From the IMG/VR virus record IMGVR_UViG_3300010356_002264: a stretch of 64,000 nucleotides of DNA; one strand, 5' to 3'. The DNA comes from a virus (Duplodnaviria; Caudoviricetes). A program made the position numbers and the translations under genes. The notes beneath the pieces are model-generated. The model saw only the letters and a list, made by a program, of their open reading frames with translations, was not told where the DNA came from and did not search any database. Below, one piece after another: positions 51,209 to 61,484 of the stretch (position 1 is its first letter; each line of letters starts with the position of its first letter).

Positions 51209-52123
51209 ATGACAGGACGTCAAAGGCCGATTCCTCTGTGTGGGGGGATCGTCAACATATCGACCATCCCTCAACGAAGTCCCTTCCGATATCCAGGGGG
51301 GAAAACTTGGCTGATTCCGCGCATCCGGCAATGGCTACGCTATCGTCGGCCGTCCGTGTTGGTCGAGCCCTTCACAGGAGGCGGGATCGTGGGTCTTACG
51401 GCCGTCTTCGAGGGTCTCGTAGACCACACAATCTTTGCCGAGATTGATGATGAGGTAGCGGCAGTGTGGTCAACGATACTAGAGGGAGGATCTGAGTGGC
51501 TGGCGGGCCGCATCTTGTCTTTTGACCTGAACATAGACAACGTGCGTGACCTCCTCCTGCGCACTCCTTGTGACACAGCTGAGAAAGCATTTCAGACCAT
51601 CGTTCGTAATCGGACCCACCATGGAGGCATCCTGGCTCCAGGGTCCTCGCTCACCAAACGGGGAGAGAATGGGAAGGGTTTAGGGCAGCGTTGGTATGCG
51701 AAAACGCTAGCCCAACGCGTCAGGGCAATCGGAAGTCAGCGCCACCGGTTTACCTTCCTACACGGAGATGGCATTGAGGTGATGAAGTCGCACGCGACGG
51801 ACCCCCAAACCGCCTTCTTCATCGACCCGCCCTACACCGCAGGAACGACGGAGGATGGAAGCAAGAGGGCTGGATCTCGACTGTACCGACATCACGAGGT
51901 GGACCATAAGCACCTTTTTGCGGTGGCTTGTAACTCCGTGGGAGACGTTCTTCTGACGTACGACGACACCCCAGAGATTCGAGAGATCGCGAACCTACAT
52001 ACGTTCGTAGTGAAACGCGTAGCCATGCAAAACACCCACAACACGAAACTGTCGGAGCTCCTAATAGGCCGAGACCTGTCTTGGTTCCGTCCCAGCTTGA
52101 CGCAACAGGAGTTTTTTTCGTGA
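51209..52123 (+). CDS. Dam-family (D12 class) DNA adenine methyltransferase
   Basis: SPFRYPGGKT, VEPFTGGG, FIDPPY; lower GC than neighbours. Confidence 0.9.
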   Translation: MTGRQRPIPLCGGIVNISTIPQRSPFRYPGGKTWLIPRIRQWLRYRRPSVLVEPFTGGGIVGLTAVFEGLVDHTIFAEIDDEVAAVWSTILEGGSEWLAGRILSFDLNIDNVRDLLLRTPCDTAEKAFQTIVRNRTHHGGILAPGSSLTKRGENGKGLGQRWYAKTLAQRVRAIGSQRHRFTFLHGDGIEVMKSHATDPQTAFFIDPPYTAGTTEDGSKRAGSRLYRHHEVDHKHLFAVACNSVGDVLLTYDDTPEIREIANLHTFVVKRVAMQNTHNTKLSELLIGRDLSWFRPSLTQQEFFS

Positions 52124-52686
52124 GCGAAATCAGGAAGACGATCGAGCGGGTCGCCTGCGACCTACACACCGACGACAACGCCGCGACGGCCGATCCCTTG
52201 TTCTGCGTGTTCCAGAAGCAGCGCGTATACGGGGTGTCGAGCGACTACACCGACGACTTCGTCTGGGTCATCCCCGACGGGGAGGGCACGGAGGCCGACC
52301 TCGAAGAAGCGGCTCACCTGGAGAAGATCGGGAGGGAGGCGGCGGAGGCCCTCGGGTGGCGGCGCGTCGGCTACAAGGAGTTCGACGCGTTCGTGACGGC
52401 GTGCCTCACGCGCGCGGGCGCCGAGGCGTGCATCGCCCGCGACGGACACAACCTGCGGCAGCCCTTCGTCTACGTGACCAGCCTGTACCGCAACGAGGAG
52501 ATGATCTCGGTGCGGAAGCACCTCATGACGCTGAAGCCCGTCCCCCCACCGCCTCCGAAGTACGCCCCGAACACGTGCAACCGCCACGACGACTGCGCAG
52601 CCGCGGACGAGAAGGCCCAGGCGAAGGGTTGCCTCTTCGCAGTCCACTGCCGCGACGAGGATTGTGAGGACTGCTTCGGGCAGTAG
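52120..52686 (+). CDS. hypothetical phage protein
   Basis: TADPLFCVFQK...FVTACLT...GHNL..P.VYV.S.YRN.EM. Confidence 0.7.
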   Translation: MSEIRKTIERVACDLHTDDNAATADPLFCVFQKQRVYGVSSDYTDDFVWVIPDGEGTEADLEEAAHLEKIGREAAEALGWRRVGYKEFDAFVTACLTRAGAEACIARDGHNLRQPFVYVTSLYRNEEMISVRKHLMTLKPVPPPPPKYAPNTCNRHDDCAAADEKAQAKGCLFAVHCRDEDCEDCFGQ

Positions 52687-53355
52687 CTAGCGGCCCTTCT
52701 TGGCGGGAGCCTGGGGCGTGGTCCTGGGCTTCCCCGCGGGGGGCTTCTTGGCCGCGGGCTTCCCCGCGGGGGGCTTCTTGGGGGCGGACTTCCGCGTGGC
52801 GGGCTTGGCCTGAGCGAGGCCCGCGTGGCTCACCGCTACGCTCATCTCGCCGAGCTCGATCGCGGCGTCCACCTTCTTCCACTGGGCGATGAGGAGACCC
52901 CACTCGGACGAGGCGGTCGCCAGGACGCCACGGAACCGCTTGCCCTCGGGGGAGTTGAGGATGCGGCGCAGCTCGACGAGGTCAGCCTCCGTGGCGGGAA
53001 CGGGGACCTTCCCGCGGCAGGACACGCGACCGTGCGCGATGGCGGACCGGGCGACGTGCTCGTCCACCTCCTGCCCGTAGGCGCTCGTGTCGGCCGCGTG
53101 CCTGATGACGGCCTGGGCGAACTTCCCGACGGGGAGGTTCGAGTCCGGGTCGGGGTCGCGGGGCTTGGGCTCCGGGGGGCGGTGCAGGTTCGGGTTCGTG
53201 CGCGCCACCTGCACGTCCTCACGGGCGACCTGCATCGCTCGCGCCACGATGCTCGCTCGCTTGTCCCCGCTGAGTCCTGGGTACAGCGCGTGCACCCAGG
53301 CGTCGAGGGACGTGCGCGCGTTGTTCTCGTGAGACTTGTTGGTCAGTTCGCTCAT
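52687..53355 (-). CDS. hypothetical protein with basic KKPPAGKP tail
   Basis: Lys/Pro/Ala histone-like tail. Confidence 0.6.
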   Translation of the reverse strand: MSELTNKSHENNARTSLDAWVHALYPGLSGDKRASIVARAMQVAREDVQVARTNPNLHRPPEPKPRDPDPDSNLPVGKFAQAVIRHAADTSAYGQEVDEHVARSAIAHGRVSCRGKVPVPATEADLVELRRILNSPEGKRFRGVLATASSEWGLLIAQWKKVDAAIELGEMSVAVSHAGLAQAKPATRKSAPKKPPAGKPAAKKPPAGKPRTTPQAPAKKGR

Positions 53356-53396
53356 GCCGGCATGATACCCCGATATAATCACCACACCCCAAGCAG

Positions 53397-53942
53397 ATGC
53401 CTGACCTACTACAGACCTGCCTCGACGACATGCGACCCCAGGCCCCGGACATCACCCCGGACCTGCTGGCGCGCTTCTACTGCGTGCGGTGCAAGAACCT
53501 CGAGTGCGACCGGTCTGGCTGGCGCAGCGACCCGCTGAGCGAGCGGGTGCGCACCCAGGCCGAGCGCCTGCTGAACCCCAGGCAGGCGGACCCGAAGTCC
53601 TCGCGGTACGCGCCCATCGTCCAGCACGACTTCGTCGACAAGCGCGAGGAGGCGGAGGCGTGGTCGCGCTCGCGACCGTCCCCTCCCAACTTCCTGGAGG
53701 CGTCCGAGACTCCGGCCGGAGTGCCCCTGGCGACCCCGGCGCGACGTCCCGTGCTGCGAGCGGTGCCCATGCAGTCGGTGTGGGAGGTGGGCTCCCCCAC
53801 CCCGACGTCGGCAGGGCCGGTCCGCGACCCCTGGGACCCACGGAGCGGGCGCACGGTCGCGCCGCGCGCCACGCTCAAGTTCCGCGAGGACGGGACGATC
53901 GACCTCGGTACGGGCGGGGACAAGGGAGGCGAGACACCATGA
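53397..53942 (+). CDS. hypothetical protein
   Basis: C..C...C motif; coupled to next gene. Confidence 0.6.
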   Translation: MPDLLQTCLDDMRPQAPDITPDLLARFYCVRCKNLECDRSGWRSDPLSERVRTQAERLLNPRQADPKSSRYAPIVQHDFVDKREEAEAWSRSRPSPPNFLEASETPAGVPLATPARRPVLRAVPMQSVWEVGSPTPTSAGPVRDPWDPRSGRTVAPRATLKFREDGTIDLGTGGDKGGETP

Positions 53943-54949
53943 GCGCCATCGTCGTCCGCAGCCACGCCCTGGAGATCGCGCGGGCGCGCGTCGACTGCGT
54001 GCGCGCGGACGGGACCCCCATGCGAAACCCGCTCCTCTCCGCGATGGAGGCGGAGCGGGCAAGCGTGGACCGGCTCGCCACCGCGGACCCCTCCACGCGT
54101 GCGCTCGCGGCGGAGCGCGCCGCGCAGGGGGACCTGCGGGGGGCGGGGGACCTCGGCGTCGACGCTAGGCTCATCTCGGGGGCCCGGGAGCAGCGCCTGC
54201 TCCCGGGCGTGGTCGAGGAGATGCCCGCGTACTTCGAGCACCGGACCACCCGGGCGCTCGCGCCCCCGGACGCTTCCCGGCAGGAGCGGGCGGTCGTCGC
54301 GGTGGGCGTGGGGATGATGTCGAGCGTGGCGCGCGCCGGCGCCGTCCGCCCCCTGTTCGACCTGGTGGCCGAGGCGGTGCGCGCGCGCACCGGCGTGCGC
54401 GTCGAGCCGAGGGAGGCGCGGTCCGGTCAGGCCGCTCCCTGGCGAAGCTGGACGATCCACCTGTGGGGGGCCGACGCGGCGAGCGGCCAGTTCGGCTACC
54501 TGAGGACGGCCGCCGCCGTCCTGGCGGCGAAGGTCGCTCCCGACCTCACGGGCTACCCGCTCGACGAGCCCGCGTGGCTGGAGGTGCGCGACGTGGAGGA
54601 CCTGGGGGGCCGAGAGTTCGGCTGGGCGGCGCGGGTGGGCGCGTGGCGAGAGGCGCAGGCGCTCGCCGCGGGGGACGGGCTGGATCCCGCGCCCCTCTCG
54701 ATCGTCCCTGATCCGCCCCCGGAGCGCGCCCCGGATGACCTGCCGGCCTACCACACCCTCCTCATCGAGGGGGGGCAGGAGGTGCACGTCCTCTGCCCCG
54801 GTGGCCCTCCGATCCACCACCGAGGGGGTGAGGCTCAGACGGTTCGGTCCATCATCGCGCACACCGACGAGCTTGACCGCCTGTGCGGCTACCTGCGGGA
54901 GCTCGGGTGCCTGGTGCAGGTCGACCCGGCGGAGTGCGATCTTGCATGA
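53939..54949 (+). CDS. hypothetical protein
   Basis: GGAGG SD; ATGA overlap. Confidence 0.6.
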   Translation: MSAIVVRSHALEIARARVDCVRADGTPMRNPLLSAMEAERASVDRLATADPSTRALAAERAAQGDLRGAGDLGVDARLISGAREQRLLPGVVEEMPAYFEHRTTRALAPPDASRQERAVVAVGVGMMSSVARAGAVRPLFDLVAEAVRARTGVRVEPREARSGQAAPWRSWTIHLWGADAASGQFGYLRTAAAVLAAKVAPDLTGYPLDEPAWLEVRDVEDLGGREFGWAARVGAWREAQALAAGDGLDPAPLSIVPDPPPERAPDDLPAYHTLLIEGGQEVHVLCPGGPPIHHRGGEAQTVRSIIAHTDELDRLCGYLRELGCLVQVDPAECDLA

Positions 54950-55728
54950 TCGCTCTTTGGGACAAGAACACGTCAGGAGGCACGATGTTCCCCCAGAGAT
55001 CCCTCAGCGCCGCGGACGAGACCTACGACTTCGCCGAGTGGGCGCTCAACGTCCGCCCCACCCCCGTGTCCAGCCACGACGTGCGCCGCTGGGCTGAGTC
55101 CAAGCTGCGCCTGAAGACGCGACCCCCCGTGGTCAAGCGCCCGGGCTCCCGGTTCCAGGTGGGGGATGAGGTGCGGGTTGACGCCAACAAGCACAAGGAC
55201 CTCACGACGGTCATGCCCTACGTCAGCGTGGACTCCGAGGTCGGAGAGGTCACCAAGGTCAACGGCCCCGACGTGACGGTGAAGTTCCAGGGCGGCAAGG
55301 AGGTCCTGCTCCAGAACGCCAACGTCGCGACGGGGTCGGGGCTGTTCCGGTACTCGGAGCCGGAGGTCGTCGAGGGGTCGCCGCGCTTCGAGATGGTCTA
55401 CACCGCGGACCCGACGGCGACCACGTCCAGCGACCAGAGGCTCGTCGTGGAGCTCTACGTCCAGCGGGGCGCGGAGCGCGGCGACATGAAGCGCCACGTC
55501 TCCTACTACAGCGGCTACGCCTACTTCGGGCGCGAGACCCAGGGGGGTGGGTGGCTGCTCGTCGCGGGTCCGCACCAGCGTGCCGACCCGAGCGGCCGGC
55601 AGCAGATCCGCAGCTTCAACCCCGCCAAGGGCAAGGTCCACTACCTGGGCCTCATGGGACATCGCCCTACGGGATGGAAGCAGGACCTCGCGGACTTCCG
55701 GGAAGGTCAGCAGGCCGCGGCCGTGTGA
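54946..55728 (+). CDS. hypothetical protein (possible KOW/SH3-like domain)
   Basis: RFQVGDEVRV...VGEVTKV. Confidence 0.65.
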   Translation: MIALWDKNTSGGTMFPQRSLSAADETYDFAEWALNVRPTPVSSHDVRRWAESKLRLKTRPPVVKRPGSRFQVGDEVRVDANKHKDLTTVMPYVSVDSEVGEVTKVNGPDVTVKFQGGKEVLLQNANVATGSGLFRYSEPEVVEGSPRFEMVYTADPTATTSSDQRLVVELYVQRGAERGDMKRHVSYYSGYAYFGRETQGGGWLLVAGPHQRADPSGRQQIRSFNPAKGKVHYLGLMGHRPTGWKQDLADFREGQQAAAV

Positions 55729-55844
55729 TCCGCGACGGGAAACTCCCGCACCGAGGAATCGTAGATTTTTTCCTTGACGTTGCCCCTCGTTGGTCAGCTC
55801 CAAGTCCGATGTCTACCTCCACTGGAGGGAGGAGGTACCACTAC

Positions 55845-56327
55845 ATGCGACCACGAAAGACTTCTCCCTTGTTGACCCACTTCGCCCTCGGAGCCCTGCT
55901 CCTTGGGATCGCGGGGTGCGGTCTTGGCAGCGAGGGGGGTGGCGAGTATCCGTTCGTCACCCTCAAGGTGGCGGCGCTCAGCCTGGAGACGCGCTACGTC
56001 AACGTGACGGGAGACGCGGACTGTCGGCCCGGCCCCTACCCTGTCACCTACCGCTGGGGAGCTGCGGCGCTGGAGGGGTGCTTCAAGATCCCGGCCCAGT
56101 GCTTCGTGGGCGCACCGAGCTACTCGGTCTCCCTCCTGGGGATCAACGACAGCGGGGTCGTCATCCAGACGGGGACCGGCACGGTCAAGGGGACCACCGA
56201 CATCCTGCGCCCCCCGGCCGGACCGGCCCAGACGGTCGTGCTCCTCATGACCCCCCGAACCCCTCCCGCCAAGCTGAACGGCTTCCGCCCGAACGAGGCG
56301 TGGCCGGAGATGACCCCATGTCAGTAG
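55845..56327 (+). CDS. putative lipoprotein
   Basis: Signal peptide with IAGC lipobox; GGAGG SD. Confidence 0.65.
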   Translation: MRPRKTSPLLTHFALGALLLGIAGCGLGSEGGGEYPFVTLKVAALSLETRYVNVTGDADCRPGPYPVTYRWGAAALEGCFKIPAQCFVGAPSYSVSLLGINDSGVVIQTGTGTVKGTTDILRPPAGPAQTVVLLMTPRTPPAKLNGFRPNEAWPEMTPCQ

Positions 56328-56527
56328 CCCGGATGATCGAGGTGGTCAGCGGCGCGCTGCTCCTGGCGATCCCCCTCACCCTCGCCGTGTGGTGGAACGG
56401 TGCGGTCGTGAAGCCCCGCGACCGCCTCCTTGAGTGCGGTCCTGACAAGGCGTGTCGCGCCGAAGCGCTGCGCGACTTCACCGCCCATCATGTGGTGGCC
56501 GCGAGGCTCAACCAGCTATCGCGCTAG
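56318..56527 (+). CDS. small membrane protein
   Basis: Single hydrophobic segment. Confidence 0.45.
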   Translation: MSVARMIEVVSGALLLAIPLTLAVWWNGAVVKPRDRLLECGPDKACRAEALRDFTAHHVVAARLNQLSR

Positions 56528-56563
56528 CAGCTCCGATCCGTCCGTCGACATCGACCCTCCGGC

Positions 56564-56923
56564 ATGTCCGCCCCCAACTTCCGTCTGCGCCTGTCGGACC
56601 GAGCGCAGTCCGTCCTGGAGATATTCGTGCTGGACTCGGCGATCCCCGACGAGGAGTTCCCGCGGCTGCGAGCCTGCGCGGACCTCGCTCACGGGGTCCT
56701 CGTCGTTCCTCGCGCCCAGGTGGACGAGGTGCTCCGCGAGCTAACGGAGCTCGCCAACGCGGAGGACGATCGAGCCAACCCTCGGGACGAGCCGGACCCG
56801 GAGCGGCGGGCGCACGCGCGCTACGGGCGGGACGCCATCACCGCGGTCGGGTCCCGGCTGCTGCGGGAGGCGTACCCTCGTCCTCCGGCGTTCGGGGGGG
56901 ACGGGTCGCCTGGTAGAGCTTGA
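56564..56923 (+). CDS. hypothetical protein
   Basis: CAGCTCC 36 nt upstream. Confidence 0.6.
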   Translation: MSAPNFRLRLSDRAQSVLEIFVLDSAIPDEEFPRLRACADLAHGVLVVPRAQVDEVLRELTELANAEDDRANPRDEPDPERRAHARYGRDAITAVGSRLLREAYPRPPAFGGDGSPGRA

Positions 56924-57560
56924 AGTTGTCCAGGGTGATCTTGCGTATGTCCGCCCGGGTACGGAACGTGGACGCGAGGCTCCCGTGTTCGACGACGGTG
57001 TCGTGCCACACCCCGAGCCGTAGCCCCGTCGCGCGCACCCGGTCCGAGTAGTCGTTGTCGTCGTAGCCGTACCCGACGAACCGCTCGTCCAGGGGTCCCA
57101 CGCGGGCGTACACCTCGCGCGGGATGAGGACGCACACGAACATGAGGGCGGTCGGCTCCTCCCGCAGGCCCGCGGCCCCTGGGTACCAGCGCTGGCGGTC
57201 GTTCCCCACGACCCCCTTGACGGCGGGGGAGCACAGGCCGAGCTCGGGGCGCTGGCGGACGGCCTCGACCATCGTGGTGAGGCCGCGCGGGGTCTGGAGG
57301 AGGGCGTCGTCGTTGAGGAGCACCACGTCGCTGTCGGCCGCCGCGATCCCGAGGTTCGCGTTGCGCGCGAACACGAAGGGCTTCGCCCCCTGCACCCAGC
57401 AGAGACCGGGGAGGGCAGGCTCGGCCTCGGAGCGAGCCCCGTCGTCCACGACCACCACGTGGTCAGGGGGCAGGTCGGGCTCCATCGCCTGGAGGGCGCG
57501 GACGCAGGGCACGAGGTTGCTCGCGCGCGCGGAGAGGATCACTACCTTGTAGGACGTCAT
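56838..57560 (-). CDS. GT2 glycosyltransferase
   Basis: VVVVDDG, FARNANLGI, LLNDD, VGPLDERF.GYG.DD.DY. Confidence 0.88.
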   Translation of the reverse strand: MTSYKVVILSARASNLVPCVRALQAMEPDLPPDHVVVVDDGARSEAEPALPGLCWVQGAKPFVFARNANLGIAAADSDVVLLNDDALLQTPRGLTTMVEAVRQRPELGLCSPAVKGVVGNDRQRWYPGAAGLREEPTALMFVCVLIPREVYARVGPLDERFVGYGYDDNDYSDRVRATGLRLGVWHDTVVEHGSLASTFRTRADIRKITLDNFKLYQATRPPRTPEDEGTPPAAAGTRPR

Positions 57561-57591
57561 GGGGGCAGCCTCCCAGGTTTGCGCTACGTCA

Positions 57592-58605
57592 TCAAGCCCG
57601 CGCCTGGAGGGCGCTGGTGATCGTCTGGTCGCGGTGCAGGTAGAGGTTGTTCGCCCCCGCGTCCTCCGCGCACGACACGGCCGAGCGCCTGTGGGTTCCC
57701 ACGACGGCCTGGCCCAGGTGTCCCGTCGCGACGGCGCAGGAGATCGCCTTGACGACGAGGAGGAAGGCGCGCTCGCCCAGCAGGGCGTCCACGCAGTCGA
57801 CGAGGAGCAGGTCCCCCCCACGGTGCAGCGCGACGAGCAGGTGCGCGACGAGGTGCGCCTGGTCCCCGCGGGGGAGGCGGCCGTCGCAGGGAGCCCCGAC
57901 GACTCGGAGCAGGTCGCGAGCGGACTCCTGCTGCACGACCTCCCGCATCGCGACCTCGTCGACAGGGGTGCGGGCGCTCCCGACGTCCACGAGGGTCGTG
58001 CCCGAAGGCTGCGCGTAGGTCGTACCAGGCCAGACCCAGCCCTCCTGGGCGTGCACCATCTGGACGGGCTGGAGCGTCCGGGTGACCTCGTAGGTCACCT
58101 GCACGGCTCCCGCGCAGGGTCCCCGAACATGGGGGGTGACCGAGGACACGACGGCGATCGTGTCGGTTCGGGCCTCGACGCGCGCGGCCGACACGCGACC
58201 TCCGGACCGCTCCGCGCGCCAGAGCGCGCCCCCGAGCGGGTCCCGCAGGAAGTCCAGGAGGGACAGGGCCGTCGTCACGCCCCCTCCCGGGTCGGCCCAC
58301 ACGACCGAGAACCGGGTCAGGTCGCGCAGCTCGCACGCCCGCCGCCCCATCCAGGGCTCGGCCCGCGCGTAGAGGATGGGCTCGGGGACGAGAGGGACCG
58401 AGGGGACCACGGGGCGCGCGAGCGCCGCGTGCAGGCGCAGCAGCGTGTCGTAGCGCGGGGTCCCTCGCCCGTGCAGGAGGTTGTAGAGGGCGGAGTACGA
58501 GACCCCGACCCTGGCGCAGTAGCGGTGCAGGGACTCGCCAGCCCCGAGGGCCGCGCGCACGGGACGGAGGATCTGCTCGACGACCTCGGGGAGGGACGAG
58601 TTCAT
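57592..58605 (-). CDS. HTH plus degenerate P-loop protein
   Basis: N-terminal HTH (VSYSALYNLLHG..TP); ADPGGGVT; CAGCTCC 36 nt upstream. Confidence 0.55.
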   Translation of the reverse strand: MNSSLPEVVEQILRPVRAALGAGESLHRYCARVGVSYSALYNLLHGRGTPRYDTLLRLHAALARPVVPSVPLVPEPILYARAEPWMGRRACELRDLTRFSVVWADPGGGVTTALSLLDFLRDPLGGALWRAERSGGRVSAARVEARTDTIAVVSSVTPHVRGPCAGAVQVTYEVTRTLQPVQMVHAQEGWVWPGTTYAQPSGTTLVDVGSARTPVDEVAMREVVQQESARDLLRVVGAPCDGRLPRGDQAHLVAHLLVALHRGGDLLLVDCVDALLGERAFLLVVKAISCAVATGHLGQAVVGTHRRSAVSCAEDAGANNLYLHRDQTITSALQARA

Positions 58606-58678
58606 GGCGCAAGGACGCGGGGTGGAGGCGGGGCGGAGCTGTCAGCTCTGCTTCGAGGACCTGCTCCGACCAGCAGTC

Positions 58679-59506
58679 ATGCCCACGAACACCCTCTTCG
58701 CTCCCGAAGACTACCCGTTTGGTACGACCCCGCTGCGGGCCACCGCGAGGTCCGTGCTCGATACCCTGGCGCGCGCGGTGCGCGCCTTCCCAGCCTTCGA
58801 GGCGGGAGACTGCGACCCGGTCGCGCTGACCGCCTCCTCGGTGCGTGACCTCAAGCCCGACCAGCTAGAGAGCCTTCGCCAGTTCATGAAGGACAGCGGC
58901 CTCTGCACGCTGTCCATCTCCGTACGACCCGGCAAGCCGCAGGACTCCATCCGACTTCTCCCCGACGGGGCGAACTTCCCCGCGCTGCGCGCCTGCTGGC
59001 TGGCGGGCAACGTGGACGGCCTGGTCCGGTGGCTCGCCCCCCTGCTGAAGACGGAGCAGAACGTCCCGCTCACCGACCAGGGACGCGTGCTGGCCGCGAT
59101 GCTCGGCAGACGGGTCGACCACACGCTCGGCGGAGGCTCCACGCCAGGCAACGGGAACCCCACCCTGGAGAACGTGGCGCGCGTGCTGCGCGCTCGCGCC
59201 CAAGGGGAGCACCTGCCCGCCAAGAAGCGCACCGGTGAGATCCCGGCCCGCGAGGCGTACCTCGTGCTGGCCCAGGAGCTCGGAGTCTCCCCCATGCGTG
59301 CCGGCGCGGTCCTGGCCCATATGCTGCGCGCGGGACGCCTTCCCGGGCTCGTGGGCGTGGAGGGGTCCCCCGCGGCGAACACGGCGTACGCGGTGCAGAA
59401 GGTGATCGCGACCCTTGAGGACGGTTCGTGGAGCGCGGGGCGGTACGTGCTCGACTACCTGGGCAAGTACACCTCGGTGCGCCTCGAAGCCACCCCGAGC
59501 ACGTAG
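58679..59506 (+). CDS. hypothetical protein
   Basis: CAGCTC 36 nt upstream. Confidence 0.65.
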   Translation: MPTNTLFAPEDYPFGTTPLRATARSVLDTLARAVRAFPAFEAGDCDPVALTASSVRDLKPDQLESLRQFMKDSGLCTLSISVRPGKPQDSIRLLPDGANFPALRACWLAGNVDGLVRWLAPLLKTEQNVPLTDQGRVLAAMLGRRVDHTLGGGSTPGNGNPTLENVARVLRARAQGEHLPAKKRTGEIPAREAYLVLAQELGVSPMRAGAVLAHMLRAGRLPGLVGVEGSPAANTAYAVQKVIATLEDGSWSAGRYVLDYLGKYTSVRLEATPST

Positions 59507-59515
59507 GGAGATCGC

Positions 59516-60520
59516 ATGTCCAACTCACATGGAGGCGGCCTGCGCGTCGTGCTGGTCGCCCTCACCGTCAACCTCCTCATCGCGGCCTTCAAGTTCGTCG
59601 CCGCGTTCCTCAGCGGGTCGGCCGCGATGCTCGCCGAGGCGGTCCACTCGCTCGCCGACACCACCAACCAGGTGCTCCTGATCGTGGGGATGCGGCGGTC
59701 GAGTCGACCGCCGGACGCCCTGCACCCGTTCGGTCACGGGACCGAGACCTACTTCTGGGCGTTCATCGTCGCGGGCTGCATATTCCTCGTAGGTGGCACC
59801 GTGAGCATGTGGGAAGGCGTGGAGAAGCTGTGGCAGGTCCACAAGGGGACCTTCCATCCACACGGCGATGTCAGGTGGGCGCTTGGGACCCTTGGGGTGT
59901 CGTTCGCCCTGGAGTCTCTGTCCCTGCGCGCCGCGTGGCGCGAGTTCACCCAGATGCGAGGGTCTCGGACGATACGGCAGGCACTGCGCGACGTGCGGGA
60001 CACCACCGTCCTCACGGTCCTGCTGGAGGACCTGGCGGCCCTGCTGGGCCTCGCGGTGGCGTTCCTTGGTGTGGTACTGACGCTCCTGACGGGCAATCCG
60101 CTTTGGGACGCGCTGGCCTCCGTCCTGGTCGGCGTCACGCTCTGCGGGGTAGCCTTCCTGCTGGGGCGAGACTCGATGAGTCTGCTCCTAGGGGAGGCTG
60201 TCCCCGAGGAGGAGCACGCTCGCATCTTGGAGATCGTCAAGGAACACCCTCGGGTCCTCGCGGTGGTCCACGCACGAACCATGCACATCGGGCCGCGCGA
60301 CGTGCTGCTTGCCATCAAGCTACAGTTCGACCGCACCTTGACGATGGACCTGCTGGAACAGTGCATCAACGATCTGGAGCGTAATCTCCGTGCCGCCCTG
60401 CCCCACCTGCGCCGCATCTACGTGGAGCCGGGGTTCGATGAGCATCAGTCGTCGAACTCCGACTTGACCACGAGCGCACCCTCGGGCACATCGGGCACGG
60501 GAGCCTCTGGCCGCGCGTAG
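59516..60520 (+). CDS. cation diffusion facilitator (CDF) metal transporter
   Basis: SGSAAMLAEAVHSLADT.NQ, HPFGHG, LEDLAAL, several TM helices, C-terminal RTMHIGP. Confidence 0.92.
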   Translation: MSNSHGGGLRVVLVALTVNLLIAAFKFVAAFLSGSAAMLAEAVHSLADTTNQVLLIVGMRRSSRPPDALHPFGHGTETYFWAFIVAGCIFLVGGTVSMWEGVEKLWQVHKGTFHPHGDVRWALGTLGVSFALESLSLRAAWREFTQMRGSRTIRQALRDVRDTTVLTVLLEDLAALLGLAVAFLGVVLTLLTGNPLWDALASVLVGVTLCGVAFLLGRDSMSLLLGEAVPEEEHARILEIVKEHPRVLAVVHARTMHIGPRDVLLAIKLQFDRTLTMDLLEQCINDLERNLRAALPHLRRIYVEPGFDEHQSSNSDLTTSAPSGTSGTGASGRA

Positions 60521-60807
60521 TACCCTCGACGTGCTCGGCGACTCGCCTTGTGGCGTAGGGCGATCGCATCCATGCCTGTTGCGGGGGGGCGCGACCGCAC
60601 GTCCGCCAGGGCCTTCGCCTGGCAGGGAGAGAGCCCACGCTCGGCCTCGTCGTCGTCGTCGGCTTCCCTCCACACCGACCCCTCAACGGGGACGACCTGG
60701 CCGCTGGCGAGCATGGCGGTCTCCCCTCCGTCAACAGACACTGCGAAACGCCCCCGTCCGTTAGACAGGAACACCACCTGGGACTCGTACTGGACCTCGA
60801 TCGCCAT
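60445..60807 (-). CDS. hypothetical protein
   Basis: GAGGT SD; overlaps CDF 3' end. Confidence 0.45.
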   Translation of the reverse strand: MAIEVQYESQVVFLSNGRGRFAVSVDGGETAMLASGQVVPVEGSVWREADDDDEAERGLSPCQAKALADVRSRPPATGMDAIALRHKASRRARRGYYARPEAPVPDVPEGALVVKSEFDD

Positions 60808-60845
60808 TGTTACCTCTCGCTGTCTACCCTGCGGGTAAGCTCGGC

Positions 60846-61394
60846 ATGAGCAAAGCCAAGGATCTGGGCCGCTACCTCTCCTACGTTCTTCGTCATAACC
60901 CCGGCGAACTCGGACTGACTCTCGATGCGGGAGGTTGGACGAGCTCGACCGTCCTGCTCGCAGCGCTCCAAGCAGGACGCCCCAACACGACGATGAACGA
61001 CCTTCGTGAGGTCGTCCTCAAGGACAGCAAAGGCCGCTTCTCCTTCTCACCAGATGAGACCCTGTTCCGCGCGAATCAGGGGCACTCGGTCGACGTAGAC
61101 CTCAAGCTCACCAAGCATATTCCCCCGGCTACCCTCTACCACGGGACTTCCTCGGACCTCATCCCTACCCTCCTCGTCGAGGGCCTGCGGAAGATGCAGC
61201 GGCACCACGTTCACCTCTCAGCGGACCTCGCGACGGCGCTCCAGGTCGCGCGCCGTCGCCCGCGGCCGGTGGTCTTGGTGGTGCGGGCAGACCGGATGAG
61301 CGAAGACGGGATCGCGTTCTACCTGTCCGCGAACGACGTGTGGTTGGTCGACGCGGTGGCCCCCACCTACCTGTCCGTAACCCCCCAGCATTAG
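60846..61394 (+). CDS. kptA: RNA 2'-phosphotransferase KptA/Tpt1
   Basis: LSYVLRH.P, D.KGRF, RANQGHS, LYHGT, MQRHHVHLS, S.NDVWL. Confidence 0.95.
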   Translation: MSKAKDLGRYLSYVLRHNPGELGLTLDAGGWTSSTVLLAALQAGRPNTTMNDLREVVLKDSKGRFSFSPDETLFRANQGHSVDVDLKLTKHIPPATLYHGTSSDLIPTLLVEGLRKMQRHHVHLSADLATALQVARRRPRPVVLVVRADRMSEDGIAFYLSANDVWLVDAVAPTYLSVTPQH

Positions 61395-61484
61395 CTTTGT
61401 CATCCACCAGCACACGTGATCCGCTATAGATCCCAATCTCGACCGAGATAACCTCAAACTCGCTGGGCCCTCTACTGTTCATTC

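Noticed and set aside
51209-52123. Dam as part of a restriction-modification system
   Set aside because: No adjacent endonuclease; orphan Dam genes are common in phages
57559-60417. Many long Arg/Pro/Gly-rich alternative-frame ORFs here and throughout the window
   Set aside because: Expected shadow ORFs in high-GC DNA that overlap better-supported genes
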